A stretch of 16,093 bases of DNA from Candidatus Zixiibacteriota bacterium (GCA_036170655.1 JAVHPP010000183.1:8372-24464), one strand, 5' to 3'. Shown: positions 1-7,856, numbered from the stretch's first letter. Numbers and translations are program-made. The notes: a model not told the origin generated them from the letters alone.

Positions 1-12
1 GATGGAAGCCGC

Positions 13-41
13 GTAGGGTGGGTGCTCCGCACCCACCTTTT
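13..41 (+). terminator. Rho-independent terminator / GTAG-type REP-like hairpin
   Basis: GTAG (13-16) is followed by a perfect 9-bp stem GGTGGGTGC-TCC-GCACCCACC (17-37) and TTTT. TAG 14-16 may be the stop of an upstream gene cut by the window edge. Confidence 0.65.
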
Positions 42-210
42 CGGATATCGGCAAGTGTGGGGAATGCGTGCACAATGGGACCCGAGATACGCACTCATTA
101 GCGGTGATGTTTATCGTCGACTGCCACCCGAGATGCGATCTCTCGATGGAAGCAGCCCGTCGTGGGTTTCTCTATGTCCTCTTTCCATGCCCTACCGGGC
201 TTCGCCAAAT

Positions 211-315
211 CGTTGCATTCCGTCACACCACCTGTAGAAGTTCTCAACACCGTCAATCTCTTGCCGTTGATTGGATTCGCAACGTTGATAGAGATTAGTG
301 TTTAATTATTCAACG
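211..315. promoter_or_regulatory. Putative enhancer (UAS) sites for a sigma-54 activator, consensus ~YGTTG-N7-CAACR
   Basis: CGTTG-N7-TCACA (211-227), TGTAG-N7-CAACA (233-249), TGATT-N7-CAACG (268-284) and TGTTT-N7-CAACG (299-315). They lie 120-220 bp upstream of a -24/-12 element. Confidence 0.5.
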
Positions 316-364
316 CTACGATTCGTGGCGACCCAATATCCACCTCTCCTCTCGTCGTTTTGCA

Positions 365-395
365 TCCATATATTTCATTTATTAGCAATGAGTTA
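365..395 (+). promoter_or_regulatory. Putative IHF-binding site
   Basis: An AT-rich tract is followed by TAGCAA-TGAG-TTA (383-395), one mismatch to WATCAA-N4-TTR. It lies between the UAS-like palindromes and the sigma-54 element. Confidence 0.5.
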
Positions 396-432
396 CGATG
401 TTTGCGCGATCGTGACAGTCGGTGTCTCCGCT

Positions 433-449
433 TTGGCATGTCGTTTGAC
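433..449 (+). promoter_or_regulatory. Sigma-54 (-24/-12) promoter
   Basis: TTGGCAT-GTCGT-TTGA matches TGGCAC-N5-TTGC with correct spacing and GA at -12. A GAFTGA activator is encoded in the same cluster. Confidence 0.65.
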
Positions 450-553
450 TATGTGAAATGTGGAACTAAGTCCCGTGGCCTTTGGTGGGCTGCGGCGGGA
501 GCGAACGAGGAGAGAAATTCAAAACTGTGATCTGATAGAGAGAGGAGAATGTC

Positions 554-1240
554 ATGGTTGCGATACTGGTCATCATTACAATAGCCGCCTTCTTGGTGGT
601 TGATGCCTTCGTGAGACGGCGGCAACTGGCCCATCAGCCAGTGCGTGTTTTCGCGTCGTCGTTTGTGCGCGAAGCGCTTCAGAAGGTTTGGCTGGGACAC
701 CCGGCGCTGACACCGGCGGATTTCCGTCCCCGGCCGGATCGGTTCTATGATCCCGGACATACGTTCGTCGAACTCGAGCCCGACGGCACAGTTGCGGTGG
801 GAGTCGACCGCTTCCTGCGCGAGATGATGGCTGACTTTCGTTTAGTTGGGCTTGTCACGCCCGGTCAGACGGTGAGCCGTGGCCAGCCGATTGCCGAGTT
901 GCGTTCGAACGGCCGTACGGCGCGGGTGCTGTCGCCGGTCGACGGCGTTGTTGCGCAACTGCTCCCGGCGATGCCCGACGAAGGCGTGGAACCTCCATTA
1001 TATACCATCGCTCCCCAGAACCTGTCGGAACACCTCAACCGGATGTCGGTGGGTGAACAGGCGCTCCTGTGGCTGAAGGACGAAATCGCCAAGCTGCACG
1101 GCGTGGCGGAGCAGTTGTTGCCGACGCCTGCGCTGGTTGGCGCCACATCAGCCGATGGCGGCTTAGCCCGTGATCCGCTGGTCAGTGTGTGCGACGAGGC
1201 GCAGTTCAGTGAGTTCAAGAACACGTTTGGATTGATGTGA
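554..1240 (+). CDS. Membrane-anchored glycine-cleavage-H-like protein, lacking the lipoyl lysine
   Basis: SD GAGGAG. N-terminal TM helix (MVAILVIITIAAFLVVDAFV-RRR). GcvH-like segments FYDPGHTFVELEPDGTVAVGVDRF and PGQTVSRGQPIAELRSNGRTARVLSPVDGVV, with no Lys at the ESVK position. C-terminal GATSADGG motif. Confidence 0.8.
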   Translation: MVAILVIITIAAFLVVDAFVRRRQLAHQPVRVFASSFVREALQKVWLGHPALTPADFRPRPDRFYDPGHTFVELEPDGTVAVGVDRFLREMMADFRLVGLVTPGQTVSRGQPIAELRSNGRTARVLSPVDGVVAQLLPAMPDEGVEPPLYTIAPQNLSEHLNRMSVGEQALLWLKDEIAKLHGVAEQLLPTPALVGATSADGGLARDPLVSVCDEAQFSEFKNTFGLM

Positions 1241-1247
1241 CAACCGG

Positions 1248-2084
1248 ATGGACCGAAAGGACGGAAACGTTCTCATGGATCGTCAGCGCGCATTACTCAT
1301 CGACATCACCCGGTGTATCGGGTGCGGGGACTGCGCCGAGGCCTGCAAGACGGCCAACAGTCTGCCGCCCCAAGTGGAAACGCAGTTGTCGGCGACCGCC
1401 TACACGGTCGTCGAGCAGAAGGGGGATTACTTCATCCGGAAGCTGTGCCGTCACTGCCAGGAGCCAACCTGTGTCTCGGTCTGCCCGGTCGGGGCGTTCG
1501 TGAAGACGGCCGAGGGACCGGTTATTTACGAAGGCGAGAAGTGCATCGGCTGCCGGTACTGCATGACCGCATGCCCGTTTGCGGTGCCGCGTTACGAGTG
1601 GACGAAGAAGGCGCCGCTGGTGCGCAAGTGCACGATGTGTCACGAGCGGGTCAAAGCGGGGAAGATGACCGCTTGCGCAGAGGCCTGCCCGGAGGGTGCC
1701 ACGGTGTTTGGCTACCGCGACGAACTTTTGGCCGAGGCGCGGCGTCGGATCAGCGCCAACCCCGACGGATACTTCAAACATATATATGGAGAAAGCGAGG
1801 TCGGCGGGACTAACGTGCTGTTCCTGGCGCCCGTGCAGTTTGCCGATCTTGGGTTCCGCACCGATCTCGGTGACATCGCCCTGCCGAACCTGACTTGGGA
1901 GGCCTTGGAGAAGATCCCGAACTTCGTTGTGGCCAGCGGTGTGATCTTGGGCGGTCTCTGGTGGCTGATCAACCGCCGTGCCACCGTGGATCAGCTCCGC
2001 CACGAGACGGGTCAAAAACATCCAGAACATCCGCACGACAACAGAAAGCTGCGAACCCCGCAGGCAGGAGGTGACAGGTCATGA
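1248..2084 (+). CDS. 4x[4Fe-4S] electron-transfer subunit, HybA/FdnH/DmsB-like, with C-terminal TM helix
   Basis: 16 Cys in four groups: CIGCGDCAEAC, CRHCQEPTCVSVCP, CIGCRYCMTACP, CTMC-x11-CAEACP. HybA-type IYGESEVGGTNVLFL motif and a C-terminal TM helix. Alternative start ATG 1275. No Tat signal. Confidence 0.92.
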   Translation: MDRKDGNVLMDRQRALLIDITRCIGCGDCAEACKTANSLPPQVETQLSATAYTVVEQKGDYFIRKLCRHCQEPTCVSVCPVGAFVKTAEGPVIYEGEKCIGCRYCMTACPFAVPRYEWTKKAPLVRKCTMCHERVKAGKMTACAEACPEGATVFGYRDELLAEARRRISANPDGYFKHIYGESEVGGTNVLFLAPVQFADLGFRTDLGDIALPNLTWEALEKIPNFVVASGVILGGLWWLINRRATVDQLRHETGQKHPEHPHDNRKLRTPQAGGDRS

Positions 2085-3295
2085 GCAAGTGGCGGGAGAA
2101 ACTGACCTTCTGGCGCTTCATGTTTGTTGTCATCATCGTTGTCGGCATGGTGGCGACTGTGCGCCGATTCGCCCTTGGACTTGGCGCTACGACCGGCCTG
2201 TCGGACCAGGTACCCTGGGGCATGTGGATTGGATTCGATGTAATGTCTGGTGTGGCGCTGGCGGCCGGTGGATTCACGATCTCGGCTTTGGTCTACATCT
2301 TCAATCTGAAGAAATTCCACAGTGTCCTGCGTCCCGCAATCCTGACCGCATTCTTGGGCTACATCCTCGTGGCGGTCGGCCTGCTCTTCGATCTGGGCCG
2401 TCCGTGGTTTATCTGGCACCCGATCATCTTCCGCAACCCGCACTCGGTCATGCTCGAAGTGGCCTGGTGCGTGATGCTTTATCTGACGGTGCTCGCATTC
2501 GAGTTCGTGCCGGCGCTTTTCGAACGTTTGGGCTGGAGACGCGGAATGTCGGTGATGAAGATTGTCACCCCGGTGTTGGTGATCCTTGGGGTGCTCCTTT
2601 CCAGTTTGCATCAGTCATCGCTCGGGTCGCTCTTCCTGATTGTGCCCAACAAACTGCACCCGTTGTGGTATTCGTCGCGGCTGCCGTATCTGTTCTTTGT
2701 CTCCGCTATGGCGGTTGGATTCGCGATGGTGATTGTGGAGTCGTACCTGTCGAGCCGTGCGTTCCACAAAGAATTGGAAAGGCCGGTCATCATCGACTTG
2801 GGGCGGGCCATGCTGGTCGCGCTGGTGTTTCTGGCGGTTTTGCGTGCGCAGGATCTGATCGGTCGCGGGAGTGTTTCCTACATGTTCCAGCCGACGACCG
2901 AAGCCGGACTCTTTTGGCTTGAGATCGGACTGGGGATCATTCTGCCCGTTGTGCTGGTGGCGATCCCCAAAGTGCGGATGCATCCGCAAGGGCTGTACTA
3001 TGCAGCCCTCTCGGCTGTCATGGGGCTGATCCTGAATCGGATGAATGTGGCAATCACCGGCATGGCCGCCAAACTTGGCAACTACTTCCCGTCGTGGGAA
3101 GAGATCTCCGTGAGCGTCATGCTGGTGTCGCTGGGATTGGCTGCGTTCGCGTGGGCGGTCAAGAATCTGCCGGTTTTCGGCGCATCACCGTGGACCGGAA
3201 CTGTGGTCGTAACACCCGAAGTCGAGCCACATGAAGCGGCGGGTCCTGCCGGATGGCGGGCCGCTCCCCAAGGGGTCTTTGGAACCAGAATGTGA
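2081..3295 (+). CDS. hybB: NrfD/PsrC-family integral membrane subunit (HybB/HmcC-like)
   Basis: SD GGAGGTGA with ATGA overlap. About 10 hydrophobic segments. HybB-type motifs GLGATTGLSDQVPWGMWIGFDV, GVALAAGGF, DLGRPW, SVMLEVAWCV, LHQSSLGSL, KLHPLW, NRMNV and YFPSWEE. Confidence 0.9.
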   Translation: MSKWREKLTFWRFMFVVIIVVGMVATVRRFALGLGATTGLSDQVPWGMWIGFDVMSGVALAAGGFTISALVYIFNLKKFHSVLRPAILTAFLGYILVAVGLLFDLGRPWFIWHPIIFRNPHSVMLEVAWCVMLYLTVLAFEFVPALFERLGWRRGMSVMKIVTPVLVILGVLLSSLHQSSLGSLFLIVPNKLHPLWYSSRLPYLFFVSAMAVGFAMVIVESYLSSRAFHKELERPVIIDLGRAMLVALVFLAVLRAQDLIGRGSVSYMFQPTTEAGLFWLEIGLGIILPVVLVAIPKVRMHPQGLYYAALSAVMGLILNRMNVAITGMAAKLGNYFPSWEEISVSVMLVSLGLAAFAWAVKNLPVFGASPWTGTVVVTPEVEPHEAAGPAGWRAAPQGVFGTRM

Positions 3296-4027
3296 GTGGC
3301 CATGAGCGCACGCCGGACATATCCGTTGCCGGAAGGCGCCTGCATCTGGATGGAGGCCGGGGTCATTGACTACCGATTATGCAACCGGTCGTTTGACTGT
3401 GAGAACTGCGCACTGGATCAGGCACTGCGCGGAGGGTTGGAGGAACATATCGCCGAAGAGCAGGAAAGCCCGAGTTCTTTGCCAGCCACGCGGTTCCACC
3501 GGTCACACCTGTGGGTCCGCGAGACTTTGACATGTGGTGAATGGATGATCGGCTTGGACCATCATGCTCTGTCGTCTTTCTCGCGACCCATGTCACTCTC
3601 GCTCCCGCGTCCGGGCCGGGCGATCGCGCAAGGAGATGAGTTGCTGGCGTTGCTCGTCGATGGCGAGGCGCTTCGCTGGTCTGCGCCGGTCGCGGTGTTT
3701 GTCTTGGAGCGCAACGACCGCTGGGTGGATGATGCTGCTACTTTGCAGGCCGCTCCATACACTGACGGATGGGCGGCGCTCGTGAAGTTCCCGGAATGCC
3801 CGGCGGACCAAATCTGGATGGCACGGCAGTCTATGGATGCCTTGGAACGGTCCGAACACGAAGCGCTGAAACAACTGGTCACGGCCGGTATGAATGCCAA
3901 CCGGGCGGCCGGGGTCACAGCTCCGGATGGGGGGCGTCTGATCGCGCCGCCCGATCAGCTCTTGCCGCTTCGCGACTATCTGGCATTTCTTCGCGTCCGG
4001 TGGGACCTCCTGCCCGCCGGGTGCTGA
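3296..4027 (+). CDS. GcvH-like protein with N-terminal Cys4 domain, lacking the lipoyl lysine
   Basis: N-terminal CIWMEAGVIDYRLCNRSFDCENC (C-x12-C-x5-C-x2-C). GcvH-like FHRSHLWVRE..IGLDH, PRPGRAIAQGD, SAPV and APYTDGW. C-terminal GVTAPDGG. Start is GTG 3296 or ATG 3302. Confidence 0.8.
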   Translation: MAMSARRTYPLPEGACIWMEAGVIDYRLCNRSFDCENCALDQALRGGLEEHIAEEQESPSSLPATRFHRSHLWVRETLTCGEWMIGLDHHALSSFSRPMSLSLPRPGRAIAQGDELLALLVDGEALRWSAPVAVFVLERNDRWVDDAATLQAAPYTDGWAALVKFPECPADQIWMARQSMDALERSEHEALKQLVTAGMNANRAAGVTAPDGGRLIAPPDQLLPLRDYLAFLRVRWDLLPAGC

Positions 4028-4029
4028 TT

Positions 4030-4061
4030 TTGACAAATAGATAACGAATGCAGTCTTATAT
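4030..4061 (+). promoter_or_regulatory. Possible sigma-70 promoter for the two-component genes
   Basis: Perfect TTGACA at 4030-4035 in an AT-rich intergenic gap. The -10 is only weak (TCTTAT at 18-bp spacing). Confidence 0.3.
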
Positions 4062-4127
4062 CTGGTGGCGTGCCTCTTCACTGTTCCAATCTTATGATCG
4101 GGACAGTGTGTATGGCGTGACCCGGGG

Positions 4128-5762
4128 GTGGATGTGTTCTCGCTCGGCCGGTCGTTGTCAGTCAAATTGTTCGCGATCCTTGTGATCGTGATGGGTGTCG
4201 GCTTCGGCCTTTCGAGCTGGCTGACAGTCCGCAAGCACACCAATGCGCTCATGTCTCAAATCCTGGCGTCGGCGGACCGTGTCGCCGACATTCTCCAGTC
4301 CGCGACGCGGCAGGGGATGATGCGGAATCGCCGTGGTGATGTGCGCGAGATCATCCAGATGGTCGGCTTTGAGCCGGGAGTCGACGGGATCAGGATCTAC
4401 AACAAGGCGGGCGAGATCATTGTCTCCACCGACACGACCGAATTGTTCAGGCGTGTCGATGCGCAGGCCGAGGCCTGCGTTGTCTGCCACAGCCCGGCCG
4501 GCGCCCTGACGGTGCCCCTGCCAAGCATGCGGTATCGCATCGTCCGGATGCCAGATGGTCATCGCACGCTGGGATTGATCAGTCCCATTCGCAATTCCCC
4601 GTCATGTGCCCAAGCCGATTGTCATGCCCACCCGGCCGACCGCGCGATTCTCGGAGTCTTTGATGTCCGCATGTCGTTGGCGGGCGTCGATGAAAATCTG
4701 GCGCGGTCTCGGCGTGACCTGATCGCATCATCGGTCATCCTGGCGGTGCTGGCCGCATCGGTCAGCGGATTCTTCGTCTGGCGGTTTGTGCATCGTCCCA
4801 TGCGCCGCCTGACGCGCGGCACGCAGGAAGTTGCGGCGGGAAATCTGGATTACCGCATCCCCATCGGCCAGAAGGACGAACTGGGGCGTCTGGCGCGCGA
4901 TTTCAACAATATGACCTCGGAACTGGCCGCCGCCCGAGCCGAACTGACGGAGTGGGCGAGGACACTGGAAACCAGAGTTGAGGAAAAAACCGGCCAGCTC
5001 CAGCGCATCAACGAAGGCATGGCCCAGATCGACAAGCTGGCGTCACTGGGACGCCTCGCCGCGACCGTGGCGCATGAGCTCAACAATCCCCTGTCAGGGA
5101 TCAACACATACATCAGCCTCGGCATGCGACGCCTGAGCAAGGTAGACTCCTCCAGCCCGGCGGTGGCGGAGACAATCAAGGAGATGCAGTTCATCCACGA
5201 CGAGCTGGACCGTTGCGGCAAGATTGTGAAGAACCTTCTCCTGTTCTCGCGGAGCACGCCGGCGGAACATGTCCCGGTGCTGGTCGAAGACATCGTGACG
5301 CACTGCACGCAGTTGGTCAAGCACCACCTGAAGCTCAATGATATCCACTTGCGTGTTGAGCTCGAACCAAATCTGACGGTCCATGGTGACGTGCAGCAAC
5401 TGCGTCAGGCATTGGTGGCGGTGCTCATCAATGCCGCGGAGGCGATGCCGAATGGCGGCGAACTAGTGATCCAGGGGAAGCGGCAGGATTCCCCGGGGTT
5501 CTGCGAACTGACCATTATCGACACGGGGCGCGGCATCGCCGAAACCGATCTTCCGCACATCTTTGAACCATTCTTCTCCTCCAAGCCCAGCTGCGCCGGT
5601 GTGGGACTGGGATTGTCGGTTGTCTATGGGATTGTGCAGCAGCACAACGGACGGATAGACATTGACGCGAAAGTGGGTGAAGGAACCAGGGTCACGCTGG
5701 TCCTCCCCACGCAGCCAGTGCCGGGAGGTGTGCCACGGAACACAAAGACTACTCCATCCTGA
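4128..5762 (+). CDS. Membrane HAMP sensor histidine kinase with periplasmic c-type heme motifs
   Basis: Two TM helices flank a periplasmic domain with CVVCH and CAQADCH. HAMP (PMRRLTRGTQEVAAGNLDYRIP..DELGRLARDFNNM), H-box AHELNNPL, N-box INAAEAM, G1 DTGRGI, F-box FEPFFSSK and G2 GVGLGL. Confidence 0.93.
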   Translation: MDVFSLGRSLSVKLFAILVIVMGVGFGLSSWLTVRKHTNALMSQILASADRVADILQSATRQGMMRNRRGDVREIIQMVGFEPGVDGIRIYNKAGEIIVSTDTTELFRRVDAQAEACVVCHSPAGALTVPLPSMRYRIVRMPDGHRTLGLISPIRNSPSCAQADCHAHPADRAILGVFDVRMSLAGVDENLARSRRDLIASSVILAVLAASVSGFFVWRFVHRPMRRLTRGTQEVAAGNLDYRIPIGQKDELGRLARDFNNMTSELAAARAELTEWARTLETRVEEKTGQLQRINEGMAQIDKLASLGRLAATVAHELNNPLSGINTYISLGMRRLSKVDSSSPAVAETIKEMQFIHDELDRCGKIVKNLLLFSRSTPAEHVPVLVEDIVTHCTQLVKHHLKLNDIHLRVELEPNLTVHGDVQQLRQALVAVLINAAEAMPNGGELVIQGKRQDSPGFCELTIIDTGRGIAETDLPHIFEPFFSSKPSCAGVGLGLSVVYGIVQQHNGRIDIDAKVGEGTRVTLVLPTQPVPGGVPRNTKTTPS

Positions 5763-7078
5763 TTGTTGACGATGAGCCGATCGTGCGCGACTCTCTCGGC
5801 AAGTGGTTTACCGAGGAAGGATACCGGGTCGAGACGGCCGCGGATGGCCGCGAAGCGCTGGATCGCCTCGCCCAGCGATTGTATGATCTGATCTTTCTGG
5901 ACATCAAGATGCCCGGGATGTCGGGGCTGGAGTTGCAGCGGAAGATCCGCAGCATCGACGCCAACGCCACGATCGTCATCATCACTGCTTTCGCGTCGGT
6001 CGATACAGCGGTCGAGGCGCTCAAGGATGGCGCGCACGATTACATCACCAAGCCGATTGATCCCGATTACCTCTCTCACCTGGTGGAGAAGTTGGTGCGC
6101 CAACGTTCATTGGCCGCGGAAAACGTCGAGCTCAAAGAACGCATTGCCGCCATGAGCAGCTCCGGCAGCATCCTGGGCGAGTCGGCGGCGATCGCCAAGC
6201 TGCGCGAGATGATCGCAACGGTGGCGCCAAACGACACGACAGTCATGATCCGGGGCGAGTCGGGGACGGGAAAAGAGCTGATTGCGCGTGCCATTCATGC
6301 CGGGTCGTCGCGCCGTTACCGTCCCATTGTTCCCATTAATTGCGGCGGACTCGCGGAGACATTGCTGGAGAGCGAACTTTTCGGGCACGAGCGGGGAGCG
6401 TTCACCGGCGCGCAGTTCCGCCGTAAGGGGCATCTGGAAATGGCGGATGGCGGGACGGTGTTCTTCGACGAGATCGGCAACGTCGGCCCGAAGATTCAAA
6501 TGGATCTGCTGCGTGTGATCGAGGGGAAGGAATTCTTCCGCGTGGGCGGCAACACGCCGGTGAAAGCCGACTTTCGCATCATCTCGGCCACCAACCGTGA
6601 TCTGGAAGCGGCCGTCGTGTCCGGACAGTTTCGCGAAGATCTGTACTACCGTTTGAATGTGTTCACCATCAACGTTCCGCCGCTGCGCGATCGCGGCGAT
6701 GATGTCATCCTGCTGGCGGCGCATTTCCTCTCCAAGTATGCGGCATCGATGAACCGCCCCTTCACCGGCTTCACCGGCGAGGCCCTTGAGGTTCTGCGTT
6801 ATCACCGTTGGCCGGGGAATGTGCGCGAATTGGAAAATGCCATCGAACGCGCTGTGGTTGTCGGCGCGCCACCCACGGTCAAAGCGGACGACCTTCCCAT
6901 CAAAAGCGCTGCCGACGCAGCGCCGCCGGAGGAAATGTCTCTGGAGGCGGTCGAGGCGGCACACATCCGGCGCGTGCTGGACCAATCACACGGCAATGTC
7001 ATGCGCGCGGCGAAGATTCTCGGAATCGACCGGGTCACACTGTACAACAAGATCAAGAAATTCAACCTGCCCCGGTAG
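5735..7078 (+). CDS. Sigma-54-dependent (NtrC/AtoC-family) response regulator
   Basis: Receiver (SILIVDDEP...LDIKMPG...KP), AAA+ domain ([47 protein letters not shown]) and Fis HTH ([16 protein letters not shown]). The receiver beta1/DD lies upstream of the ORF-track GTG 5783. The start is placed at ACG 5735 behind SD GGAGG and is inferred. Confidence 0.92.
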   Translation, partial: TEHKDYSILIVDDEPIVRDSLGKWFTEEGYRVETAADGREALDRLAQRLYDLIFLDIKMPGMSGLELQRKIRSIDANATIVIITAFASVDTAVEALKDGAHDYITKPIDPDYLSHLVEKLVRQRSLAAENVELKERIAAMSSSGSILGESAAIAKLREMIATVAPNDTTVMIRGESGTGKELIARAIHAGSSRRYRPIVPINCGGLAETLLESELFGHERGAFTGAQFRRKGHLEMADGGTVFFDEIGNVGPKIQMDLLRVIEGKEFFRVGGNTPVKADFRIISATNRDLEAAVVSGQFREDLYYRLNVFTINVPPLRDRGDDVILLAAHFLSKYAASMNRPFTGFTGEALEVLRYHRWPGNVRELENAIERAVVVGAPPTVKADDLPIKSAADAAPPEEMSLEAVEAAHIRRVLDQSHGNVMRAAKILGIDRVTLYNKIKKFNLPR

Positions 7079-7081
7079 CCC

Positions 7082-7693
7082 ATGGCTGTCGCCGATTCCG
7101 CCAGCGCGACTGACATCCTGGTCATGGGCGTTGATGGCCCGGAGCGCCGTGTACTGGAGCGGCTGGCCCGGGACTTGCAGATGACACTGGGACGCTCGGC
7201 GGCGGTGGCGACATGGGAATTGTCGCCGCAGTTAACGCGTGACGCATCGCGCGGCCAGTTCAATTCCTCCCTCATCCTGGCAGAACTTTTTGGCCGCGAG
7301 GTTAAGTTCCCAAGACGCATCCTCGGCGTGACCGGTGTCGATCTTTTTGCGCCGGTGCTCACATTTGTCTTTGGCGAGGCGCAGATGCACGGCCCCGCCG
7401 CGATCGTCTCTACCTTCCGTCTCCGCCCCGAGCTCTACGGACTCCCTCCCAGTGAGGATCTTGTGGCGCGGCGTCTTCTGGTCGAATCTATCCACGAACT
7501 GGGTCACACCGCCGCATTGACCCACTGCCAGAATCAGGGGTGCGCCATGATCGGGTCTACGTATGCAGAGGAAATCGACCTGAAAGGCCCGGGGTTCTGT
7601 GACGTGTGCCAGCGGGTGTTTGCGAGGTCGTGGGTGAAAAACGATGGGTGGTCAACTCATGGTGTCGCCCACGGCGACCCGGAGCAGATATAA
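7082..7693 (+). CDS. amzA: Archaemetzincin (peptidase M54) Zn metalloprotease
   Basis: RGQFNS, ILGVTGVDLFAPVLTFVFGEAQ, AIVSTFRL, HELGHTAALTHC-x4-CAM and IDLKGPGFCDVC. This is HExxHxxxxxH plus the Cys4 Zn site typical of M54. Confidence 0.9.
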   Translation: MAVADSASATDILVMGVDGPERRVLERLARDLQMTLGRSAAVATWELSPQLTRDASRGQFNSSLILAELFGREVKFPRRILGVTGVDLFAPVLTFVFGEAQMHGPAAIVSTFRLRPELYGLPPSEDLVARRLLVESIHELGHTAALTHCQNQGCAMIGSTYAEEIDLKGPGFCDVCQRVFARSWVKNDGWSTHGVAHGDPEQI

Positions 7694-7702
7694 GGCTCCA
7701 TG
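7656..7702 (+). repeat. 47-bp direct repeat, left copy
   Basis: CTCATGGTGTCGCCCACGGCGACCCGGAGCAGATATAAGGCTCCATG, 45/47 identical to 14947-14993. Confidence 0.95.
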
Positions 7703-7802
7703 CTTGATCTGGCCTGACCGATGGTCGGGTGTGGTGCATGAGCGCTGTCCCCGAATCCAGGCTGTTGTTCGTGGAGCGTAGGCTCGATCCGATGGCGTCG
7801 AT

Positions 7803-7856
7803 TTAACGGATTCTTAACACGACGGCTACACCAACTCAATGCCGCGTTGATAGAAT
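7803..7856 (+). promoter_or_regulatory. Pho-box-like direct repeats and -10 element for the TonB-dependent receptor
   Basis: TTAACG (7803), TTAACA (7814), GCTACA (7825) and TCAATG (7836) at exact 11-bp period. TAGAAT -10 at 7851-7856. Confidence 0.6.

Noticed and set aside
80..154. Short near-repeats ACCCGAGAT(A/G)CG (80, 126) and GATGGAAGC (1, 146)
   Set aside because: They are too short and too few to be an array and are plausible by chance.
22..298. ORFs 22-237 and 68-298
   Set aside because: They have no SD or motifs and overlap the terminator and regulatory region.
1248..3295. Complete hydrogenase-2 (hyb) operon
   Set aside because: No small or large NiFe subunit and no maturation genes are present.
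554..4027. True glycine cleavage system or sHdr lipoate-binding proteins
   Set aside because: There is no lipoyl lysine, and no gcvP/T/L, lipoate ligase or hdr genes are in the window.
7657..7839. - strand 60-aa ORF ending MEPYICSGSPWATP as a paralogue of the lipoprotein
   Set aside because: Similarity is limited to the 47-bp repeat. The rest crosses the receptor promoter and looks non-coding.
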